The notes beneath the pieces are model-generated. The model had not been told where the DNA came from. It ran no database searches and saw only the letters and a program-made list of their open reading frames with translations. A program made the position numbers and the translations under genes. A stretch of 64,000 nt of DNA, from the NCBI GenBank assembly GCA_963422735.1, contig OY730476.1, positions 1,792,001-1,856,000 on the forward strand, in the 5' to 3' direction. Of this stretch, positions 19,798 to 29,131 are shown piece by piece. The DNA comes from Candidatus Latescibacterota bacterium. Lineage in GTDB: Bacteria; Latescibacterota; UBA2968; UBA8231. Every line of letters begins with the position of its first letter. Position 1 is the stretch's first letter.

Positions 19798-20948
19798 AAT
19801 GCAGCGTCCTTTGGGGTTGGGCGGCTGGGCAGGAAGAAGGCCAAGCCGGCGGTCAATATCGGCAGCAGGGCGAGGTATTTCAAAGTCTCAGCGACGCCGA
19901 TCTGGTCGCCAAAATGGCCGATCAGCGGCAGCGCAAGGCTGGCCAAACCCCAGCTAAAGCCCAGCGGCAGGCTGGAGACCAAGCCGGTATTTTTCGGCGA
20001 AAACTCTTGGGCCAAGGCGACCATAATCGAGTTGGAAGACAGCAACAGACCGCCGCCCACAAAAAGCAGGGCATAGCTGGCCAGCATTCCCTCGACATAG
20101 ATAAAGGCGTAGAGCGGCGGCACCGAACACAGCAGCGATCCCCAGACCAGCGGTTTAGGATCGACGCGGTCGGCCAAGTAGCCAACGACGAGCGCGCCGA
20201 CCACGCCGGCGATATTGTAGATTCCCAAGGGGATGCCGCCAGCGACCAGACCGAGACCGCGCTCCTCGGCCATGAGCGTCAAAAACGTGCCAAAGCCCAG
20301 CCCCGATACCGAGCGCAAGATGACGATCGCGGTGATCAGCACGAGGGGACCGGCTTGGCTGCCAAGACTGCGCCACTGGGCCGAGCTTCTGCCGTGGGAA
20401 AAGTTGGGGTTGCCGAGCGGCACCGCACGGCAGAGGAGCAGGAGGAACAACAGGCCGGGAATGGAGAGGTACGGCAGGGCGGCCAGCCCGAAGGAGTTGG
20501 CGTAGATAGGTGCCCACAGCGGCGTTAGACCCAGCCCCAGCGTCCCGCCAAAGATAAAAAGTGCCAAGCCGAAAGAGCGGCGCGGACCGCTGAGTTCGCC
20601 GGCCAGCGAAAAGACTTGGGGGTGGAAAGCGGCGACCCCGATCCCTCCCAGCGTTAGGATGCCGACGAGAGTCAGGTAATTGGATGCCAGCCCCATGAGC
20701 GGAGAGAAAATGGTCGCCAAGGCCAAGCCACCGACGATCAGCCAGCGCCAGGCCATGCGGTCGGCCCACAAGCCCATGAGAGGCTGGCTGATATTGCATA
20801 TAGAAACGATGGAACCCAAAAACCCGACCTGCGCCAAGCTCAGCCCCAAGTTGGCCTTGATCAGGGGCAAGAGCGGGGCCAACATTGTGGCGTAGCTATC
20901 GACGCAAAAGTGCGAGAGCGTAATGAGGAACAGGCGGAGTTTTTGCAT
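19794..20948 (-). CDS. MFS transporter (Fsr-like)
   Basis: HFCVDSY, QPLMGLWADR, AAFHP; about 12 hydrophobic segments. Confidence 0.9.
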   Translation of the reverse strand: MQKLRLFLITLSHFCVDSYATMLAPLLPLIKANLGLSLAQVGFLGSIVSICNISQPLMGLWADRMAWRWLIVGGLALATIFSPLMGLASNYLTLVGILTLGGIGVAAFHPQVFSLAGELSGPRRSFGLALFIFGGTLGLGLTPLWAPIYANSFGLAALPYLSIPGLLFLLLLCRAVPLGNPNFSHGRSSAQWRSLGSQAGPLVLITAIVILRSVSGLGFGTFLTLMAEERGLGLVAGGIPLGIYNIAGVVGALVVGYLADRVDPKPLVWGSLLCSVPPLYAFIYVEGMLASYALLFVGGGLLLSSNSIMVALAQEFSPKNTGLVSSLPLGFSWGLASLALPLIGHFGDQIGVAETLKYLALLPILTAGLAFFLPSRPTPKDAAL

Positions 20949-20957
20949 TTGCCTAGT

Positions 20958-22175
20958 CTAAGCCGTACCCTCCGAGCCGTCCAGACGGCGGCAGAGACCA
21001 AAAGCACCGAGAGCACCGAGCACCGCGAGGGCCGTGCCGAGATAGAAGGGTAGGGCGGCATGTATCTCGATCAGGTAGCCGCCGAGCAGGCTACCGACCA
21101 CCATCGAGCCACTCCAAGCGAGGTGGCCCAAGCCGACGAGGCGGTTTTTTTCATCGGCAGCGGCGACATCGTTGATGAGCCGGGGAATCAGCGTCGAGAC
21201 GGCCCAAGCAGTGCCCGTGAGGGCGGTGCCGCAGGCAAAGAGGCCAACGAGGGAGTCGTACAAAAAACAAAGCCCCAAGGCACTGAGGAAAATGCCAAAC
21301 GCCGAGCCGAGCAGCGGTGCGGTGCGGCCAAAGCGGTCGTTGAGATAACCGACGCTGAGCTGGCAGCAGGCCGCCACCACCAACGAGAGAGAGGCAAAAT
21401 ACGCGGGCAGGGCCTCGCTTTCGCCAACTCGGTAGATCAACAGGGGCAGGGCCAGCGTCGCCATGCCCCAGAAGGTGGTGATGGTCAGGCGCAGGCTGAG
21501 CAGGAGGTGCACATTGCCGCGGCCCAAAAGCGGGCGATAGGCCGTCCACGCATTGAGGCGCGCCGTCTGCGCCGTGGTGGGGGCGGGCGCGTCGCTGGGC
21601 AACAGCGCAAAAGCTAGGGCGATTACCGCGATCATGCCGATGCTCATGGCGGCCCCGATCTGGGCGAAGGAATAGGCGGTTTTGACCAAGCCAGTACAGA
21701 AGCTGCCAAGCGCGTTGCCGAGCGTATTGCTGAGAAAGTAGAGGGCACCGCCCAAACCGAGTCGAGCGGGAGAGACGGCGGCGATGAGGACGCTCTGCCC
21801 GGCGGTGGACCAAGGGCCGCTGGCCGCGCCCATCGCCAAAAGTAGGCACGAGAGCCCCCAAGGATCTGCGGTGCGAAAGACTAAGCCGGTGAGTGCGCTG
21901 CCGACGAGGCCGATCATCAGGGTCGCCTTGCGGCCAAAGCGGTCGCAGAGCCGGCCGGCGACGACGGCAAATATCCCGCCTAGGAGCAGCATTAGTGCGC
22001 GCAGATAGCCGGTAAACCACGGGGGCCGCGCCAAGTCGGCTTCGATATAGACGGGAAAGAGTGCTTGGAAGGGGGCGGAGAGGAAGCTGTCGAGAAAGTA
22101 GATCAAACAAAGGGCGAGGAAGGCGCGGCTGAGCAGCCCACCTTCCTCGCCCGCGGTCGCAGAAGCTGAGTCCAA
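20958..22175 (-). CDS. MFS transporter
   Basis: Motif A GRLCDRFGRK and GYLNDRFGR. Confidence 0.9.
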   Translation of the reverse strand: MDSASATAGEEGGLLSRAFLALCLIYFLDSFLSAPFQALFPVYIEADLARPPWFTGYLRALMLLLGGIFAVVAGRLCDRFGRKATLMIGLVGSALTGLVFRTADPWGLSCLLLAMGAASGPWSTAGQSVLIAAVSPARLGLGGALYFLSNTLGNALGSFCTGLVKTAYSFAQIGAAMSIGMIAVIALAFALLPSDAPAPTTAQTARLNAWTAYRPLLGRGNVHLLLSLRLTITTFWGMATLALPLLIYRVGESEALPAYFASLSLVVAACCQLSVGYLNDRFGRTAPLLGSAFGIFLSALGLCFLYDSLVGLFACGTALTGTAWAVSTLIPRLINDVAAADEKNRLVGLGHLAWSGSMVVGSLLGGYLIEIHAALPFYLGTALAVLGALGAFGLCRRLDGSEGTA

Positions 22176-22178
22176 GGG

Positions 22179-23138
22179 TTATTTCTTGCTTTTGGCGACC
22201 GAATTTTTAAGGACGCCGATCCCGGAGATCTCTATTTCAACCTTGTCGCCGGGTTTCATAAAGGTGCCGGTGGTCGCGCCGACGCCCGATATGGTGCCAG
22301 TGCTGATCAGGTCGCCTGGCTCTAGTGTGATAATCGCCGAGATGTACTCGATGATTTTGTCGACCGGGTAGAGCATCTGGCCAGTGTTGTTGTGTTGCTT
22401 GCGCTCGCCGTTGATGTACGTGCTGATGTCGAGAACCTGCGGATCGGGAATGTCGTCGCGGGTGACGATCCAAGGTCCCTGTGGGGCAAACGTGTCGAGC
22501 CATTTGCCGTTGAGCCAGTCGAACCACTCGTCGCGTGGGCGGCTGTCGGTGCGCTTCTTGATGAGCAACTCGCGCTCGGATACGTCGTTCATAACAGTGT
22601 ACCCAGCCACGTATTTGGGCGCGTCCTTGGCCGCGACGCCCTTGGCCTTGCGGCCGATGACTACGGCCAGTTCGCCTTCCCAGTCGATGCTATTGGCGAT
22701 CGGGGGGATGAGGATGCGGTCATCGGGGCCAATGACAGTGGTTGTCGGCGGCTTCATAAAGACGCGCGGGGTCTCCTTGTCTTGGGCATCCATTTTGCCG
22801 CCGCCTTCTTCGATGTGGTCTTGGTAGTTGCCGGCCAAGCAGAAGACCTTGCGCGGGTTGGGCATAGGAGCGCGGAGGCGGACTTTGTTGAGGGCGTGGA
22901 TGGTCTTGCCGTTGGGTTCTTTGTCTTCGGCATACACCGCGGCCTGTTTGGCGGCGCGCAGGCCCTTGGCACCTGCCGAGAGCAGGGCCAGCATGTCGGT
23001 AAAGAAGGGATGTATTTTGCGCTTTTCTTGGCGGGCCAAGACGCGGTCGGCCGCTCTGAGATCGACGACCACAGAGTCGTCGGCTACAACAGCACCGACG
23101 GATTGTTCGCCAGCGGCAGAGTACGTGACCAATTTCAC
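22179..23138 (-). CDS. Fumarylacetoacetate hydrolase family protein
   Basis: GNYQDH, DWEGELAVVIG, NDVSER, TLEPGDLISTGT. Confidence 0.93.
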   Translation of the reverse strand: MKLVTYSAAGEQSVGAVVADDSVVVDLRAADRVLARQEKRKIHPFFTDMLALLSAGAKGLRAAKQAAVYAEDKEPNGKTIHALNKVRLRAPMPNPRKVFCLAGNYQDHIEEGGGKMDAQDKETPRVFMKPPTTTVIGPDDRILIPPIANSIDWEGELAVVIGRKAKGVAAKDAPKYVAGYTVMNDVSERELLIKKRTDSRPRDEWFDWLNGKWLDTFAPQGPWIVTRDDIPDPQVLDISTYINGERKQHNNTGQMLYPVDKIIEYISAIITLEPGDLISTGTISGVGATTGTFMKPGDKVEIEISGIGVLKNSVAKSKK

Positions 23139-23227
23139 GGTTTCCTCCTGTGAAAAGGGTTTATGCGCCGACCAAATGGTCGGTCATTGCATTGGTTAAT
23201 AGGTAGGGACCATTTATATTCGTCGTC

Positions 23228-23794
23228 ATGTCAAAAGAATACTTCGTCCATCCTAGCACCTGCGTCGATGAGCCAGTCGCCATTGGCGCGGGAACCCATA
23301 TATGGCATTTCTGCCACCTGATGCCCGGCGCACAGATCGGGCAAAACTGCAATCTCGGCCAGAACGTCTATATTGACCGCGGTGTGGTAATCGGCGACGG
23401 CTGCAAAATACAGAACAACGTCTCGATCTACAAGGGAGTCACGCTTGAAGAAGGGGTCTTCTGCGGCCCGTCAATGGTATTCACCAACGTCGTCAATCCT
23501 CGCTCCTTTATCGACCGCAGGAACGAATTCCAAGAGACGTGGGTGCGAAGGGGGGCTTCGCTGGGGGCCAACTCGACCATTGTCTGTGGGGTCGAAATCG
23601 GTGCTTATGCCCTCATTGGTGCCGGAGCAGTCGTAACCCGCGACGCGCCGGCATACTCGCTGATAACAGGCGTACCGGGGCGGCAAGTGGGGTGGGTGTG
23701 TAGCTGCGGCGTCGCGCTGGGCGATGATCTGGTCTGTGGGGGGTGTGGCGCGCGCTACGTGGAGGAAGAAGGTCGGCTGCGACCGCTGCGTTGA
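23228..23794 (+). CDS. Hexapeptide N-acetyltransferase (WbpD/WlbB-like)
   Basis: IWHFCH, KIQNNVSIY, FCGPSMVFTNVVNPRS. Confidence 0.92.
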   Translation: MSKEYFVHPSTCVDEPVAIGAGTHIWHFCHLMPGAQIGQNCNLGQNVYIDRGVVIGDGCKIQNNVSIYKGVTLEEGVFCGPSMVFTNVVNPRSFIDRRNEFQETWVRRGASLGANSTIVCGVEIGAYALIGAGAVVTRDAPAYSLITGVPGRQVGWVCSCGVALGDDLVCGGCGARYVEEEGRLRPLR

Positions 23795-23873
23795 AGCCCT
23801 CAATCTGTCGGAAACGTTGGCATCTCGAACTTCTCGACAGCCCTCAACACACCCAACGCGGGTCTTAAAAGGA

Positions 23874-24037
23874 CGGAATTTCCTAGTGTACGGTTGGGAA
23901 TTCCGGTTTCACTCGGCATGCCCGTAGCCCTCATCCGGACCAGCGCGGTCCCCCGCGTCAATGTTCCGGGGCCCGTCGCCGGGTACCCATCGCCAAGGGG
24001 GCGGATGGAACTGATCACTAACCACTGATTAAAGTCG
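23874..24037 (+). mobile_element. MITE copy 1 (right end internally deleted)
   Basis: Starts cggaatttcctag and matches the 26524 and 46196 copies; lacks most of the right TIR. Confidence 0.85.
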
Positions 24038-24096
24038 CCACTCAGTTGAGACGACCGACCCTTTTCCTCCGCCCCAATAACCCCCTCCCCCGCGTC

Positions 24097-24960
24097 CTAA
24101 TCCGTCGGAAATGACAGCGGAAACGTCGGCTCTTGCTCCTGTCGCCGGGTGCGCGACTCAATCTTCATCGCGTGGTATTCCTCGACAAATTCGGCCAAGT
24201 TCCTGCTCGCCTCCTCAAAGACGATTTTGCCCTTCTCGGCCGTGGCCTTCTCCGCCTCGCCCATCACCCCGCTATCCGAATACTGACTCGTCCACTCGAT
24301 CAAGCCCATTGGCCCGTGCCCGAACAAGTCGGTGTACACGAACTTTGAGCCGAGCTTGTTCGTCTTGGCGATCTCGCTCTTGATCTTGTCCTTGCGCACA
24401 CTCTCCGGCGCGAGATACAGCAGCATCGAGGTCTCCAGTTCGCCCGCGTGCGAACAGCCGCCCGGATAAACGCTCTCGCGCCACTTGTCGTCAAAGCCGG
24501 GATGGACCCGGAGCAAATGCCACCACGAGCAAAACGTGCAGCTAGCGTCGGTCTCGACTATCGTGCGCCGAGCGACCATGTCCACGAGATTGTGGTTGGA
24601 ACCGTGGCCATTGACGAGGATCATTTTCTTAAAGCCGTGATAGGCCAAGCTCTTGGTGATGTCGAGCACGTATTGGACGAAGTGCTCGTAGTGAATGTTG
24701 AGCGAACCCGGGAAGTCCATCACGTGGTGGACATAGCCATAGCTCACGGGCGGAAGGACGAGGGCGAGTTCGGGCTTTAGACGCGCCGCTTCCGTCGCCA
24801 CCGCGTTGGCACAGAGGTGATCCACCTTGAGCGGGAGGTGGTGGCCGTGTTGCTCAACCGAGCCAGTGGGTATGATGGGAATTTTGCCCATGGCTACAGC
24901 TTGGTTGACTTCGGGCCAAGTAAGCTCGTCGAACTTGTAAATTTCGGCTACGTCGGGCAT
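24097..24960 (-). CDS. Creatininase family amidohydrolase
   Basis: GSVEQHGHHLP, VNGHGSN, HAGELETS. An AGAGGAG RBS precedes MPDVAE. Confidence 0.92.
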   Translation of the reverse strand: MPDVAEIYKFDELTWPEVNQAVAMGKIPIIPTGSVEQHGHHLPLKVDHLCANAVATEAARLKPELALVLPPVSYGYVHHVMDFPGSLNIHYEHFVQYVLDITKSLAYHGFKKMILVNGHGSNHNLVDMVARRTIVETDASCTFCSWWHLLRVHPGFDDKWRESVYPGGCSHAGELETSMLLYLAPESVRKDKIKSEIAKTNKLGSKFVYTDLFGHGPMGLIEWTSQYSDSGVMGEAEKATAEKGKIVFEEASRNLAEFVEEYHAMKIESRTRRQEQEPTFPLSFPTD

Positions 24961-24983
24961 GGGGTCTCCTCTTACATTTTTGC

Positions 24984-25634
24984 TCAAGACAGGCCGAGCG
25001 TCTTGTGAATGCGGGTAGAGAGACGCCAGCGCGGATGACGCTTGAGTATCTCAAGGGCCTTCTGCACGTAGCGCGGCTCGGAGGATTCGGGCTGCAAATA
25101 GACGTAGTCGGCACGGTGCTCCTCGACGCGCTCCTCGCGGAACGCCTTGCCGACGACGTATTTGAGCTCGGTAATGCGCACAAAACCGGCGACGACTGGG
25201 TAGCATTTCGGCGACACAGTCCAATGGTCAATCAGCTCGAATAGCACCGGATTGGGCGCGATAGTGCCGTTGGTCTCAATGTGGAGCTTGTATCCAGCTT
25301 CTTTGAGCCGACCAGCCAGCGTCGCGAGATTTTGGCCCAAAGGCTCGCCGCCGGTCAAGCACACCCATTCAGCCGGGTGGCGCGCCACTTCGGCGGCAAT
25401 GTCCTCGATATCCATTAGGGTGAAGCGGTCGAACTCTGTATCGCAGAAAGGGCAGCGCAGATTGCAGCGCGCTAGGCGCACAAAGGTAGTAGGCTCGCCG
25501 ACGCGCAGGCCCTCGCCCTCAATTGAATAGAAAATCTCGTTGATCTGCAGGACGCGCCCCGAGCCGCTCCACACGGGCAGACGCTCGGCGCGCTCTTCAG
25601 CGGGCATGTGCAGCGTTGTGTCGCGGGCGGTCAC
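24984..25634 (-). CDS. queE: 7-carboxy-7-deazaguanine synthase (radical SAM)
   Basis: EIFYSIEGEG, CNLRCPFCDT, LTGGEP, HIETNG, VSPK. Confidence 0.93.
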   Translation of the reverse strand: MTARDTTLHMPAEERAERLPVWSGSGRVLQINEIFYSIEGEGLRVGEPTTFVRLARCNLRCPFCDTEFDRFTLMDIEDIAAEVARHPAEWVCLTGGEPLGQNLATLAGRLKEAGYKLHIETNGTIAPNPVLFELIDHWTVSPKCYPVVAGFVRITELKYVVGKAFREERVEEHRADYVYLQPESSEPRYVQKALEILKRHPRWRLSTRIHKTLGLS

Positions 25635-26305
25635 AGCGTCTTCTCCCTAGCGGCATACGCCAACGGATCACAGGCTCGGTTCGCCGCAAAGGCCGCGAGC
25701 CGCTCGCTGCAGGCATCGCACAAACCGCAGGCCGGCCGCAAGCCCTCATAGCAGGTGTGGGTTTCCCCGTAGGGGACGCCGAGTTTGATCCCGAGTGCAA
25801 CGACGTCGCGTTTCCACAGATCGACAAAAGGGGTGTGGATTGCCCACGGCGCGTCGTGGGCAGATCCCAAGCGCAGGCTCTGTTCGAGGCTGTCGTAAAA
25901 GGGGCGGCGGCAGTCCCGGTAGGCCGGATAGTCGTCTTTGACCGGTGCCATATACAGATCAAAAATGCCCTTTGTTGTGCAATATGCAGCCGCTAGCGTC
26001 GCAAAGAGCATGTTGCGGAAGGGGACTACGGTGTCGCGTTGGCGTTTGGTCTCAGCAGTGGGCACGGCCAGCTTGGGGTCGGTCAGCGGGTTGCCCCCTA
26101 GGCCCGCCAGGTCCAACGCGAGCGTCTCGTAGGCCGCGACCTCGGCGCAACGGGCGAGGCGGGCGGCGCATTCCAGCTCGACGCGGTGGCGCTGGCCGTA
26201 GTCAATGCTAATGGCGTGGATGGAGCCTTGTTGCTGCGCCTTCAGCCACCAGAGCAAGGTGGTCGAGTCCATGCCGCCGCTGAGTAGAATTGCCGTCATC
26301 GTCAT
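25631..26305 (-). CDS. queC: 7-cyano-7-deazaguanine synthase
   Basis: SGGMDSTT, DYGQRH, VPFRN, YRDCR, TCY...CGLCDAC. Confidence 0.95.
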   Translation of the reverse strand: MTMTAILLSGGMDSTTLLWWLKAQQQGSIHAISIDYGQRHRVELECAARLARCAEVAAYETLALDLAGLGGNPLTDPKLAVPTAETKRQRDTVVPFRNMLFATLAAAYCTTKGIFDLYMAPVKDDYPAYRDCRRPFYDSLEQSLRLGSAHDAPWAIHTPFVDLWKRDVVALGIKLGVPYGETHTCYEGLRPACGLCDACSERLAAFAANRACDPLAYAAREKTL

Positions 26306-26351
26306 ATCGTCGTAAAGATAAAATAATAGGCCACCGCGCAAAAAGCGTAAA

Positions 26352-26428
26352 TTAATGGCCAGCGACCAGTCCCAACCCGTCCCCTTGGAATAGCGGCGGG
26401 GAACTAATCACCAACCACTAACCACTTC
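26352..26428. repeat. Short heptamer-array element (CTAACCA-type)
   Basis: ggggaactaatcaccaaccactaaccact, preceded by degenerate inverse heptamers; resembles 44644-44740. Confidence 0.55.
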
Positions 26429-26523
26429 TATACCTTGCGCGAAGGCGCATCCTGTGTATTGACAGTAATTTGACCCAATTGGATATTCAAAAAATGCCAA
26501 TGTTGTACACGTATAAAGGTAAT

Positions 26524-26737
26524 CGGAATTTCCTAGTTTACGGTTGGGAATTCCGGTTTCATTTAGGCGGTTTGGCTCGGCTGGCCCGTAGCCCTCGTCC
26601 GAGCCAGCGCGGTCCCCCGCGTCGATGTTCCGCGGGGCCAGTCGCCGGGTACCCGCCGCCAAGGAGGCGGATGGGACGGACCACTAACCACTAACCACTA
26701 ACCACTGATTAAACAGCCCTTATTCTAGGAAAGTCCG
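26524..26737 (+). mobile_element. MITE copy 2
   Basis: cggaatttcctag...ctaggaaagtccg TIRs (12/13 match), non-coding, with an internal (CCACTAA)n tract. Confidence 0.88.
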
Positions 26738-26744
26738 TTACGCT

Positions 26745-27407
26745 ATGAGTGAGACGCCCCTGCGCCAAAGCCCCAGTCGGCTACAGCGGCTTTGGCGCAC
26801 GATAATGGCCGGCCTGACGATCATCGCGCCCCTGTGGGTTACTGGCTGGGTGCTCAAGACGCTGTTCAACTGGGCCGACGGCTTCTCCGCGCCGTTAATT
26901 AGCCAAATAGCCAAGCCGTTCGGCTCCCCCGAATTCCACATTCCCGGCTTGGGCTTTGTGCTGACTTTTGTCATTCTGTGGGTCGTCGGCGCCCTCGCCG
27001 CCAACGTGATTGGCCGCAGCCTGTTGCAATACGCACGCGAAGCGTTAGAAGGCCTGCCGTTGGTGCGCACGATCTACGCGCCCGTACAGCAGCTCATGGA
27101 GTCGCTGACCTCCCCGGGCAAGGCCGGCTTCGAAAAAGTCGTACTCGTCGAATATCCGCGCACCGGGCTGTGGACCTTGGGCTTTTTGGCCGGCGATGTA
27201 CCCCGCGAGGCCGAAGCAGCACCGGCGCACAGCATCTTCGTGCCCACGGCACCCAATCCCACCACCGGCTTTATGCTCATCGTGCCGCCCGAACAATTGC
27301 GTTCCACCGAACTCGGGGTCGAAGAAGCCCTAAAGATGATCGTCTCGGCTGGCGTCGTCGTGCCCACGGCCCTTTTCCTTCCTGCTGAAGCTGAAGAGAA
27401 GGTCTAA
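26745..27407 (+). CDS. DUF502 membrane protein
   Basis: PLVRTIY, VVLVEYPR, FVPTAPNPTTGF, ALKMIVSAG. Confidence 0.92.
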   Translation: MSETPLRQSPSRLQRLWRTIMAGLTIIAPLWVTGWVLKTLFNWADGFSAPLISQIAKPFGSPEFHIPGLGFVLTFVILWVVGALAANVIGRSLLQYAREALEGLPLVRTIYAPVQQLMESLTSPGKAGFEKVVLVEYPRTGLWTLGFLAGDVPREAEAAPAHSIFVPTAPNPTTGFMLIVPPEQLRSTELGVEEALKMIVSAGVVVPTALFLPAEAEEKV

Positions 27408-27516
27408 GCCCTTTTCTTGCGATTGTCAGGTGCTTTCGTTATTCTCGCTGAGAAACTTGGGGCACCTCTCTCGCGTCCCAAAAGAAGCCCTTCGTATTAT
27501 TTGAGGAGATGATGCG

Positions 27517-28182
27517 ATGTCGATGTTGCCGTTTTTCATTCTGCCGATGATCTTGGTCGCTTGGGCTCAAATGCGGGTCCGCAGCGCCTTCAACAAGTAC
27601 AGCCAAGTGGCTTCGGCCGCGCGCCTTTCGGGTGCTGAGACCGCGCGGCGCATCCTGCACCAGCAAGGCATCTACGACGTGTCTGTCGAGGAGACGGGCG
27701 GGATGCTTTCCGATCACTACGACCCCCGCGCCAAAGCCGTGCGCCTTTCTTCGGACAACTTCCACGGGCACCATTTGGCCGGCTTGGCCGTGGCGGCGCA
27801 CGAGGTTGGCCACGCGATCCAACACGCCCGGGGCTACGTGCCGCTCAACCTGCGGCACTCGATCCTGCCCGTCGCCAACTTGGGCTCGAAGTTGGGCTTT
27901 CCCCTGATTCTGGCGGGGATGTTCTTCCCGGCCACCGGCCTGATGGATATCGGCATCATGTTCTTCGCCGGCGCGGTGCTGTTCCAAATCGTCACTCTGC
28001 CAGTGGAATTCAACGCCAGCTCGCGGGCCATGGCCATTCTCTCGCAGGGCTACCTAGCCGGCAACGAGGTGCGCTCGGCCCGGCGGGTGCTCAATGCAGC
28101 GGCCATGACCTACGTGGCAGCCGCCGCGACCGCCGTGCTAAATCTAGTATATATGTTGCTCATGCGCGGCTCAGACGAATAA
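27517..28182 (+). CDS. Membrane zinc metallopeptidase (YugP-like)
   Basis: LSDHYDP, AAHEVGHAIQH, TLPVEFNASSRA, AAAMTYVAA. Confidence 0.94.
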   Translation: MSMLPFFILPMILVAWAQMRVRSAFNKYSQVASAARLSGAETARRILHQQGIYDVSVEETGGMLSDHYDPRAKAVRLSSDNFHGHHLAGLAVAAHEVGHAIQHARGYVPLNLRHSILPVANLGSKLGFPLILAGMFFPATGLMDIGIMFFAGAVLFQIVTLPVEFNASSRAMAILSQGYLAGNEVRSARRVLNAAAMTYVAAAATAVLNLVYMLLMRGSDE

Positions 28183-28206
28183 TAGCAGGCTCGGCAAGAA
28201 GCTCCG

Positions 28207-28242
28207 AGGCCCCTCGCCCTTGCGGGTGGGGGCCTTTTGTTT
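28207..28242 (+). terminator. Rho-independent terminator
   Basis: aggcccc...ggggcct stem followed by tttgttt. Confidence 0.7.
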
Positions 28243-28300
28243 ATGGGCTACACCTGCGTTTCGCTATATTATTGTTCCCCTACTACAGGAGAGTGCGAGC

Positions 28301-29131
28301 ATGATTTTGCTGTTATGTGCATTGCTCGCCAGCGCGGCGAGCGCTGGTGCCGATGTGTATTTCGAGGAAGAGGTCGTCAATCGAGGCTTTGGCAAAGACA
28401 AAATTGGAGCGCACAAAACGACCAACAAAATTTACATCAAGGGCATGAGCCAGCGGGTCGAGCAGCAGATTGAGGCCGACGCGAAAACGGCAAAGGCCTT
28501 CCGGCAGCAGGGTCAGTCTCTCAACACCAGCACCATTTTGCGGCTGGACCAAGCGCAAGTGTACGAAATTGACCTGACGGCACAGACCTTCGTCCAGCAG
28601 AAAGCCCCTCCGGCGCGCAAAGCCGTTGCTAAGCCGCAGTCTGCCCCCGGCGGACCGCAGATGGCCCTTGCGGTCAAGGTGCCGGGAGACACGGCGCGCA
28701 TCGCTGGAATTCCCTGCCGGCGGGTCGTCGCGCAAATGCGCACCCGCTACCTCGACCCCAAAACCCAAAAGCTCCGCCGCGAAAACCGCTACACGTACGA
28801 TGCCTGCATTGCCACGCAATTCCCCGGCTTTCAGGAGATCGCAGCATTTATGGACTTGCAGGACGCTAAAACATCTTATCCGTCGCTAATCGGGGGGGGG
28901 CTGGATGGGCTGGAAGATCACGAAGCCCTGAGCGACGGGCTAGAGAACGCCGAGGAACTTAAAGGCTTCGCCCTGCGCTCGACCTTGACGGCTACGGTCA
29001 AGCTCCCTAAAAAAGAGAAGTCCAGCCAAGTGTTCCGCTTAGACCGCAAGATCAAGGCCATGGCGCACGCCCCGCTGCCCGACTCGCTCTTCCATGTGTC
29101 CAAGGCCCTGACCCGCCTCAAATCCGAATGA
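28301..29131 (+). CDS. Secreted hypothetical protein (DUF4412-like)
   Basis: Signal peptide MILLLCALLASAASAG, GDTARIAGIPCRR, LPDSLFHV. CAGGAG RBS; overlaps tamB (ATGA). Confidence 0.7.
   Translation: MILLLCALLASAASAGADVYFEEEVVNRGFGKDKIGAHKTTNKIYIKGMSQRVEQQIEADAKTAKAFRQQGQSLNTSTILRLDQAQVYEIDLTAQTFVQQKAPPARKAVAKPQSAPGGPQMALAVKVPGDTARIAGIPCRRVVAQMRTRYLDPKTQKLRRENRYTYDACIATQFPGFQEIAAFMDLQDAKTSYPSLIGGGLDGLEDHEALSDGLENAEELKGFALRSTLTATVKLPKKEKSSQVFRLDRKIKAMAHAPLPDSLFHVSKALTRLKSE

Noticed and set aside
24984-26305. Dpd DNA-modification or QatC/Cap9 defence system
   Set aside because: QueC has canonical length and motifs and sits with queE; no dpdA, TatD or CBASS genes are adjacent.
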